Assembly (NCBI GenBank): GCA_019828565.1
Contig: JAHDYR010000012.1
Coordinates: forward strand, 1,178,001 to 1,242,000
Origin: Carpediemonas membranifera BICM
Taxonomy: Eukaryota; Protista; Fornicata
Direction: 5' to 3'
Length of the DNA stretch: 64,000 bases
A model generated the notes under the pieces. It had not been told where the DNA came from. It did no database searches and worked only from the letters and a program-made list of their open reading frames with translations. Positions 29,486-38,500 of the stretch are shown in pieces. The first letter of the stretch is position 1. Every line of letters begins with the position of its first letter. The position numbers and the translations under genes are program-made.

Positions 29486-32278
29486 TTACTCGCGCCTTCC
29501 TCCCTTCCTCTGAAAGTAGTACCGCTGCAGCTTGCCGTCGTCGCCATACCGCGTCGCCAGGTAGTTCCACGAAACCACGAGTAGCATGGGGAACCGTGAC
29601 TGCCAATACGCCATGTACCCGTGCGGGAGATCGCCCAGCGTGCCCTTGAGCTCATCATCGAGGTCCCGGTAGTGCGACGCCTTGTTACGGATGACCCGAA
29701 GCAGGTCGCGGCTCCTGTTCTCGCGGTACTGCCGGTACCCGCCGATGTTGGCCGTGAGCGCCGGGTCGACGGCGCCCACCCAGCCGCCCTTGGGGATCAC
29801 CCGGTGGGAGCGACACACCTTCTCGAACTCCACGACAAGGGGCTCGCGGTAGTCCAAGGCCTCGAGGAAATCAGAGGCGTCCATGAGGAACGCCAGGCGC
29901 TTCTCCTGGTTCCACAGCAGCGGGTGGAAGATCGCGGGCAGGGCTGCGGGCCGGACCCCGGCGGACACGTGCAGCAGACGGCATAGGAAGTCTCGGATGA
30001 CTGGGGCATCTGTCCGGTCGGCGATGGGGTCCATCGACCAGGTGCCGCTGAGAATGTTCGCCTCGCGGTGGGGGCGGGGGCCGAAGGGGTGCGCCCCGTT
30101 CGAAAGGAGGTAGAAGATGGTCAGCCCGAGGCTGAATATGTCGACCTTCTTGGTCATGCGGCCGCCGCTGAGAACCTCAGGCGCCTGCCAGCCGACCGTG
30201 CCCGCGTTAGTGGCGAACGAGGCGTTCTGGTTGGTGAGCTGGGCGGCGAGGCCGAGGTCGCTTAATCTCACCTCACCCCCGCGGGTGAATAGGATGTTCT
30301 GGGGCTTGATGTCCTTGTGGACGATGCCGATCTTGTGTAGGTTATGCAGGCCGTTAAGTAAACCGTAAATGGTGGCCTTGACGTGGTCAGTGACGAGTCC
30401 CGCCCCGTCAAAGGGGGGTTGCTGGACGGCGCAGCTCTGTACGGGCTTGGGCAGGGCTGACACGGCGTTGCTGTGCTGCTGGCTCATCTCAACCATGTCG
30501 GCGAGGGCGCCGGAGCATAGCTCGAGGGCCAGATACACGAACTGGCCGTCGTGGAGCTGGGCGTGGTACCGGACGATGTGGGGCATCCCATCCGTGCGGA
30601 TGAGCGTCTCTATCTCCCGGGTAGCCGAGACGTAGTGGGACTGGAGCCGCTTGACGGCGCACAGACGGCCCTGGAAGACGCCGACGAAGACCAGGGTGCC
30701 GTTTGACCCGCACCCGATGAGCACGGGGAGAATGAGCAGCTGCCCGCCGATCGTATACGGGGCGAAGTCACACAGCCCAGCCCTGCTGTCGCCCCCGACA
30801 ACGCCCTCGATGGCGTCCAGCACGGCGTCGGGCGCAGTCGGGTTTAGCCTCTCGCGGCGGATGACGGCCGCCAGCTCCTCGGCGATGTGCTCAGCCTCGG
30901 CCTCCGGTTCTGGCACAGACTGCCCGACTGCCGGCGAGTTAACAGGCGGCGGGGCGACTGGGGCCGAGTCACTGCGGGTGCTGCTGTTGGCCCGGGACTG
31001 GGCGACGACGAGGGTCACGAGGACGCCGATGACGATGTTCGCGAGTGCGATGAGGAGGATGGCGATGAGCGGGGTCGACCGCACCAGGGGGCCGTAGTCG
31101 TCGCCCCCGGCCAGTGCGGGGAAGGTGTCCAGCTGGCCGGCGAACCCGGTGAATTCGGGACCGGGCCGGACCTTGAGCAGGCCCCAGGGGACCTCCTTGC
31201 CGTCCAGGAAGGCCCAAGACGGTCGGGGGGACAGCGTCGCGAGTGATATGATGCCGGGGGTGGAGGCGGGTGTCAGCATCACGGGCAGCGTGTCGCCGGG
31301 CATCGTCAGGTACACGTGGCGAGTCAGGGCGACTGGAGACTCGCCCCGCCGCTGCATCATCCGCAGACGCGTCACACAGTCCTTAAAGTGCGCATGATTA
31401 GACACAGGAGAGTTCGGGACGACGTACTCCGGCAGGGGTGCAGGCCACGCGGCGCACATCGGGCTGCCCGGTGTGGATCGGATGATGAAGACGGCAACGA
31501 CAGGGGACTCGAAGACGGCCGTGAGGACGGTGTCGTCCGTGATGACGGCCAGGCTCCCGTCGAGACTGGCCATGAATTGCGGCTGCGAGAGGAGCGTCTC
31601 GGGGCCCGCGCCGTCGCACACTGTGTGCCTGGACTGCAGCTCTGGGCCCTGGATGGACATGGCAGGTACCCAAACGGACGTATCGGCGGGCCTGATGCCG
31701 TTGAGCGAGACAGCGCGGTGCTCTATAAACCAGAGCGTCTCAGACTCACCCAGGTCGTGTCGCGTCGCCTCGATGCTCGAGTGGGTCACCCCTGCGAGGA
31801 CACAAACCCTGTCCGAGCCGGAGCACTGATCGCCAGAGACGGGATCGATGGATATGACCGACGAGGATCTGTGGCCGGTGAGAACGACGCCGCTGGGGTC
31901 GACAATGGGGCTGCGGGACACGATCTGGTCGATAGTGAGGCCGAAGGGGACGACAGTGCCGTCCTGGTGCACGGATGAGAGCGTACCGTCGGGCGAGGCG
32001 GTCATGTAGGACCCCGTGGAGGCGAACGACACACTGGAGACGAGGGGGCCGCCAATGTCGTGCTTCCAGATGATTTCAGATGTAGTGAGGTCTACACCAC
32101 TTAAAAACCCGTCCATCGTGACTGTGACAGCCAAGTTGGATGGATTGGCCACAAGCTCGAGGCGAGTGTTGGTGTCATTGCTAATAAAATCAAAGCAAGA
32201 GATAGTCTGTACACAAATACATACTATAACGAGCAGAATAGCTCGCCAAATGTGATGGTGAGGTGATAATCTCGACAT
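29486..32278 (-). CDS. IRE1: IRE1 kinase/endoribonuclease
   Basis: Signal peptide, luminal PQQ-like domain, TM helix, kinase (GCGSNGT, AVKR, HKDIKPQNIL, GTVGWQAPE), KEN RNase (DLLRVIRNKASHY). Start could be 32344. Confidence 0.93.
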   Translation of the reverse strand: MSRLSPHHHIWRAILLVIVCICVQTISCFDFISNDTNTRLELVANPSNLAVTVTMDGFLSGVDLTTSEIIWKHDIGGPLVSSVSFASTGSYMTASPDGTLSSVHQDGTVVPFGLTIDQIVSRSPIVDPSGVVLTGHRSSSVISIDPVSGDQCSGSDRVCVLAGVTHSSIEATRHDLGESETLWFIEHRAVSLNGIRPADTSVWVPAMSIQGPELQSRHTVCDGAGPETLLSQPQFMASLDGSLAVITDDTVLTAVFESPVVAVFIIRSTPGSPMCAAWPAPLPEYVVPNSPVSNHAHFKDCVTRLRMMQRRGESPVALTRHVYLTMPGDTLPVMLTPASTPGIISLATLSPRPSWAFLDGKEVPWGLLKVRPGPEFTGFAGQLDTFPALAGGDDYGPLVRSTPLIAILLIALANIVIGVLVTLVVAQSRANSSTRSDSAPVAPPPVNSPAVGQSVPEPEAEAEHIAEELAAVIRRERLNPTAPDAVLDAIEGVVGGDSRAGLCDFAPYTIGGQLLILPVLIGCGSNGTLVFVGVFQGRLCAVKRLQSHYVSATREIETLIRTDGMPHIVRYHAQLHDGQFVYLALELCSGALADMVEMSQQHSNAVSALPKPVQSCAVQQPPFDGAGLVTDHVKATIYGLLNGLHNLHKIGIVHKDIKPQNILFTRGGEVRLSDLGLAAQLTNQNASFATNAGTVGWQAPEVLSGGRMTKKVDIFSLGLTIFYLLSNGAHPFGPRPHREANILSGTWSMDPIADRTDAPVIRDFLCRLLHVSAGVRPAALPAIFHPLLWNQEKRLAFLMDASDFLEALDYREPLVVEFEKVCRSHRVIPKGGWVGAVDPALTANIGGYRQYRENRSRDLLRVIRNKASHYRDLDDELKGTLGDLPHGYMAYWQSRFPMLLVVSWNYLATRYGDDGKLQRYYFQRKGGRRE

Positions 32279-32570
32279 GAGACGATTGATCCGTAAAGTG
32301 CTCGAATTGGATCGGACCCGTCCAGATGGGCAACTCCATGGCATGTTCTCTCTCTCGCTAAACGTAGCGTCAGCAGCCTCGCCATGGAGGGTAATTGTCT
32401 CGCGCTGCCCTCCGTTTGTGGGGCATTCGTCCAGTCGACCTGCCGGGCCTTGCTACCTCTCCGTCATCGCCGGGACAGTGATCTCGGGGGATAGCGCGCA
32501 TCACGGCAACCCGATTATACACGGCTTTACCGTGTGTGAAGCTGTCCGACCAATGGTCTCATATTGATTG

Positions 32571-33107
32571 ATGGTGTACGCCGACTGTGCGGGGGGCGCC
32601 CACCTCCCTCGTCTAGAGGACGCCGACCAGCTGCGCCAGGCGGTGATCGACTCGGCCCCTGCCACAGCAGGCGCGGCCGCCGACTTCTACGTCATCCCGC
32701 GGTGCCAGCAATCATACTCGCGCGCCGAGATCAAGACGCTCGTCGAGCAGAACGACATCCTGCAGACATGCCGACTGGTCACGCTCGGCGGAGGCACTGC
32801 TGTTGACGTCCCCGTCATCCGCCGCTGCCCGGCGTGTGGCGAGCTGACCTCGCGCGAGGGCGACCTGGACAGCTGCAAGATGTCGTACTGTCAGTGCGGC
32901 CAGGACTTCTGCCACAAGTGCTTGCTCCGCGTTGCCAATCAGGAGGAGCACATGGCTCACTACAGCGGCGAGTGCGAGATGGCGCCGCGCCAGACAGTCG
33001 ACCTGCCTGATGGCGTCGCACCGTCACGTGCCCCCGCTGCCATCGGTCGACCACGGTCAGCGCAGACAGGAGGCAAGTCATGTGCCGCGGATGCAGCCGG
33101 ACATTGA
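32571..33107 (+). CDS. IBR/RING2-type zinc-finger protein fragment (RBR ligase-like), possibly degenerate
   Basis: RRCPACG...SCKMSYCQCGQDFCHKCL; 5' end unclear and flanking frames are interrupted. Confidence 0.45.
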   Translation: MVYADCAGGAHLPRLEDADQLRQAVIDSAPATAGAAADFYVIPRCQQSYSRAEIKTLVEQNDILQTCRLVTLGGGTAVDVPVIRRCPACGELTSREGDLDSCKMSYCQCGQDFCHKCLLRVANQEEHMAHYSGECEMAPRQTVDLPDGVAPSRAPAAIGRPRSAQTGGKSCAADAAGH

Positions 33108-33595
33108 TGCGAGAGCTTTGCGTATAAAGCAGAAGATTATTCCCAGGCAACTTCGACGAGCTCCCCTCACCGCGGACCTAGTATGTTTGACTGGCAGCTC
33201 CCGCGTGGGCATTGTGTCAGGTTGGACTGCGGTCCACAGCGTCTGGCCCTCGTGGAGGCAGATCACACATGAACTGTTTCAGGTCCGTCCCGAAGTGTAA
33301 GCGATATCGCCCTCGTCCAGGTCGTGCAGCAGGCAGACCTCGATGGTGCTGTAGCAGTACTAACTCTACTACAATGTGCAAAGTCTTCCGTGACCTCTCT
33401 AGCTCCCAGCTGAGGAAGTGAGACCTCGTTGTCTGCCTGCAGGACGGTCTACCTCTAATAACAGGTCAGCCAAGGTCGTGTTCGACCGGCTGGGCCCCAG
33501 CCCGAGCTGATCACTCGCGTTGTCGTCTACAGCGGTACGGCCCAAGGCGTGACGCGGTTTCCCAGACCAAGATGCATTTATATCACACCACTTAT

Positions 33596-35475
33596 CTACC
33601 TTTCGACCGTGTTACACGAGTGGCACTCGGGGCACTCGTAGCCGATGAAGTGCAGAGGCGCCTCCCACTTGTGGCTGCACTCGTTGCATATAACCTTGCG
33701 TGTGTGAGACTGGTACTCCACCGGTGTCGGCTGGGAGGCGATCTGGCGGCGACACCAGTCATTGTAGCTGTCCTTAGCCCCACCCGTGAGCATGAGCTTG
33801 TTGCACAGGGGGCACGTGTACATGTGGCTGTTAATCATCTGCTGGTAGCACGATAAGTGGAGCATATGCCCGCACGGAAGGGGCAGGGCGGCCTCTCTGC
33901 CGTGCTGCAGGTCCCCCTGACACACGCCGCAGCTGCTGTTGCCCCGCAGCGACGCGTTGTTGCATCTGTGGTGCGGGAACATGTCCTGCTGGAAACACAT
34001 CCCGCACGCGTCACAGTGGATCGACTGGTCGGGGCTCCCGATGCGGCAGATCGTGCACTTGTCGCAGTGCGTGATGGGCTTCTGGGGGTGGCTCTCCCAC
34101 AGGTGGCACTCATCGCAGTAGTAGCTGCCGAACACGAGGCCACACCCCACGCACTCCTGCGAGGGACCCTGCACGAGGCCGCACTTCATGCAGCGGACGG
34201 CCTCGATCGCCTTCCTGTCGAGCGTGTGCTCATGCTCCTCGTCATGGCAGAGCCGGCAGGCGTAGAACTGCTTGCACTTGGGGCACTGGACCATGCAGCC
34301 CCGGATGTAGTGGGGGCACCCGTACACCCGCTCTACCCGTCCCACCTTCATCTGCCGGAAGAGCTGGATCGAGTAGTGGTTGAGCAGCTCGCGGTTGAAC
34401 TCTGTCGGGTGTTCCAGCTCGTGGTCGACGATCGCCGCCCAGTCGGTCATGCCCCGGGCCTCGTAGAACCTCTTACGAATGCGGTACGTCAGCCCGCGAT
34501 GTCCCGTCTCGAGGGTGGGCCGGTCTGGCTTGATGTCGCGATGGAGGGTCATCTCCGTTATCTCATGCGGTGCAGCCTCGGTGGGGCCGCCGAAGTACTC
34601 GTCTGGCAGGGCACGAACCTCGTCCTCGAAGATGGCGGCGACCTCCTCGCTGAGTTCTGTTTTGATGTACTTCTTGACGCGGTTGATGAGAGCTTCGCGA
34701 TCAGATAGGTCGAGGATGGCGACGTTGACGAAGGAGTCCGTCGCCACGACCTTCTGGGCCTGCACTTGGGGCGTGTGGTGTTCGTTCATCATCTCGAAGA
34801 TGAGCTTGGACTTATCTTGCGGCGTCATGTGATCGTCGGACTGAACCTCCTTGATCCGCTGCCGCAGTGACGTCGAGCGCTCCTCCAGAACCTTCCTGTT
34901 GGTGACTACCGACGCGTCTGCCCGCATTGCCTGGACCTGCCGCAGGAGCTGCCGCACCAGGGGCATACGGGCCGACGTCGTCAGTTCGGGGTCACGGAAG
35001 ATCTCAGCGACACGGGTGGTGATCTCCAGGGACGATATGGAGGGCTGGATCGTCACCATGTGGCGCAGAGCTGAGATCACCGGCTGCATTCGGGGGGGCT
35101 CCTCGTCCGAGTCCGGGGGCTCGGCAGCCTCATCGTCGGAAGCCACATCGGGGGCGACTGCCTCTTCTTCTTCGGGCTCGCTACCAGCCGCAGCCTCGGC
35201 CTCCCCTGTCTCCTCTTCGGGCTGACCGCGTGCGGCAGTAGCCCGCGATTGGAGCGCGTTGAGGAAATGGTGGTACGTGAGGCCCTGGAGGTTCTGAATG
35301 ATGCGCTCTAGATGGCTTTCTACGATGTCGGAGAGGCCTTGCCACCGGGGATCATCGCTGTGTGATGAATGTCAGGGGAAACGCACTTATCGATCTCAGA
35401 GAGGCGCTGCGTCGATATATCGGTTAGAATAGTCTCTGCCTCCTCAAGAATGGTTGCAAGAGACGGGATATCCAT
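33596..35475 (-). CDS. RCHY1: CHY zinc finger / RING E3 ligase (Pirh2/RCHY1-like); intron 35358-35386
   Basis: YGCPHYIRGC...CRLCHD, RING CGVC...LPCGHMLH...CPLC, C-terminal CNEC...CPECHS. ATG at 35475 joins through a 29-nt intron. Confidence 0.88.
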
Positions 35476-35586
35476 GCTTTACCTGTTTCGAGGTGGATGA
35501 GACTTCGCAACTCGCACCGATGCCACTAAATACCGGTGACACGGTCAGATAGCAGGTCGCCCCAGCCAATAGACCCAGCATTTACT

Positions 35587-38500
35587 CTAGACACGACCTA
35601 AGAGCCCAGAAATCTCTACGTCATCTCCCACACTGATCCAGGCAGACAACAATGGCTTCAGCTCCTCCCGGGTCCGGCCGAGCTCCATCGCCGACTGGGC
35701 CCGGTCCACGGGCGGGATGACGTACAGAGGACGCAAAGCGCCTTGCCCAGGGATCTTGCGAGGGCGGGCAGCAAGAGCAGACATTGCCCCAGTTCGAGTC
35801 CTGCTAACAGCAGGCTTTTCCAGTTCCTTGATCTTGGTTCTGCCCAATGCCCTACCGCTAATAACCTCCGGCAGCGGCTCGTCCAGGATCAGTGCAGCAG
35901 CCATGGCCACCGTCTCCACCGTCTGGGGTCGGGCCCTGGCCGGGGGTCTCGACCTCAGCGGGCTCACTGGGCCGGCGGACTGGGACTTGCCGGTCACCAC
36001 AATCGTCGGCTGGGGGTCCGGCTCGGGGTGCACGAGTAGGGCGGTGCTCTCGGTGCTCCTCGCTGGGACCGCGGGTGAGGGGCTGGGGCGGCCCCTCGGG
36101 GTGTACCGGGCAGGTTTCTCGCATGGCAGGGCCCTCGGCTCAACCCGAGGCGTGATGCGGGGCGGCGGGTTGTTGCGGACGGTACCGAATGACAGCAGGA
36201 CGGGGCTGTGCGACACCGGCTTGGTCCATCGGCTGGGGCCGCCCCCTACACGCGGTACATGAGACTGCGGGTCGAACTCGATAGGAGACCGGGGCGACTT
36301 GACGACGAGGCCATCGTTGTCGATGTTGAACAACTCGGGCGGCAGTTCGGGCGTGTACACGGGCAGCCGGGCCCTCGATTCGTGCGGCGTGTTATCGTGC
36401 CGCACCGCAGCGATGGTGTTTCGTGGCGTCGTCCCCGACCTCGGCGTCATCTTGATCACCGGCAGCTCAACTGCTACGGGGATGGGCTGCGGCCCCATGG
36501 GTGCCAGTGCCGTGCTCGACCCCTTGTCTGGGGATAAATCCCTGCAACGGCGGGTCGGGTGGTCCGGCCCACTCCCTGCCCGGGGCGTCGTGGGGGCATC
36601 CCACAGCCGGGGGATCGACTTGCTCAGGTGGGGGACATCGCCCAGCGCCCGCCCGGGGGAGGAGCATCGGGAGCCGGCCGACTCGTGTCTGAGGTTGACG
36701 TTGCCGGCCTTGGCAGAGAACCGTGGCCCGCGCTCATCGAGCTCGGAGTCGGATGTATCCGAGAACCGCACGTCAGCGTCCGACGAGGCCGAACTGCTCG
36801 CCGGACTTGTCTGCCGCACGGAGTCGAGGGTGGAGGGTGGCTCCGACATCCGGATGGGCCCGGCGGAGGGGGGCGCGTCGGGCCGGCCCACCAGAACCAC
36901 GGGCATCGGGATTTTGTTGGGCGACTTGGCTCTCGGCTGTGACCCTGGGCGGGCACGCCGCTTGCTGGCAGCCTCGGACTTAGCCTGTTCCTGGTGCCGG
37001 CGCTGGATGCTCCGTACATCCATCCGCACGCGCTCCTTGGGCAGGGCGGGGGTGGAGTCCTCGACGGTGTCAAGTCGGTCCGACGACGCGACGCCGCTAT
37101 CTGTTGGCGTGACGGTGAAGGGGGTGCTCGACTCTGAGGGCCGCGACCGGGACTGCGTGAGGTCCTGGACAAATCGCAGCTCCCCGCTCTGGTTCTTACT
37201 AGTGAACCCCGACGCCGAGCTGAATTGGCACGGCGACGACACCTCGTCTCTGGAGTCGGCGTCGAGGTCCAGGTCAGTCCACAGTTCGTCCTCGGTCTGC
37301 CCCGCCGCAGCCTCCCGGTCGACCTGCCAGTCGCCCCGGGGAGTGTACACGACGGGCGTATCTTCCCCGCTGAACTCGTCGTCCTCGCCGCCCATGGTGC
37401 CCCCCATCGACTTGGGGAGCAGGCTAAGGTAGGACATGTCCATCTCCATCTGGGAGGACGTCTGCGAGTCGCTACGGCGCGGGTCCTGGCCCGACCAGTC
37501 GATGACCATTGTGCGGCTCTGCATCTCAATCATTTGATTATCCTTGACCTTTTCGAAGAACTGGTTGAACTGCTGCCGCCGGGCCATCTCGTGTTGGTGT
37601 CGGACGAAGCTGCTGCCCGACGAGGACGACCGCGCTGTCGACCTGCCCGACCTATTCGACTTGTTGGACCTGTGCGAGAGAGGCCCTGGGACAAATGAGC
37701 CGCTTCTAGACACGGATACCTTCATCTCGTCGATGCTGGCCAGAGAGGTGTAGCTCTCCGTCTTGGTCCGCCGTCGGGGACTCATGTCATCGTCCAGCAG
37801 GCCCGTGTCGATCTCTAGGCTCAGCGACCCGCTCCGGGCCCGACTCTGGCCCCTCGCCTTGGGCTGGGTCAGCGTAGGGACCCGGACGTCCCCCGAGACA
37901 GAGGACCGACGGGCGGGTCCGATGGGCGGCTTGGTGCCCGCAGACGACGGGGCGCTGGTGTCGGCGATCTCCAGACGCGGGATGGCGAAGCCGACTGACA
38001 TGGCCCGACGGACCTTGCCGCTCCGCCGCCCCCTGCGCCTGACCTTCTTGTACACCGGCATGGCCATCCCCGTCGCGTCCACCATCGTCGGCGAGTCGGG
38101 CCTCGAGTCGACGACCTCGCTGGCCCCACCCGAGTCGGGCAGGATCATCTCATCAGTGTCAGATGCGTCGCTCGACGGAAGGTTAAAGCTGACCACGCTG
38201 TCAGTGTTTCGGCAGGGCGACCCGTCATCCTGGGCCGGGGCTTTGGCTGGGTCCGAGTCCATCAGCCCGGCCAACCGAGCTGCCGCCACCAGTCGGGTGG
38301 GAGTGGCGGCGCTGGCCGTGGGCGTGTGGCTCGGGGTCTGCACTGCCGCGGGCCTCGAGTGGGACTGCGAAAGCTTGGACGCGCTGGGGCTCGAACCCAG
38401 GCTCGTGGCTGAAGGCGACTTATGCAGCCCAATGATAGCCGAGGCGTCTAGTCTGGGCGGCATTGTGTCGACCAGGCCTCGCTCCCTGCCCTCGCCCGCC

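Noticed and set aside
35472-35560. U1 snRNA-like start (ctttacctg)
   Set aside because: No U1-70K loop or Sm site is visible, and it overlaps the Pirh2 start region.
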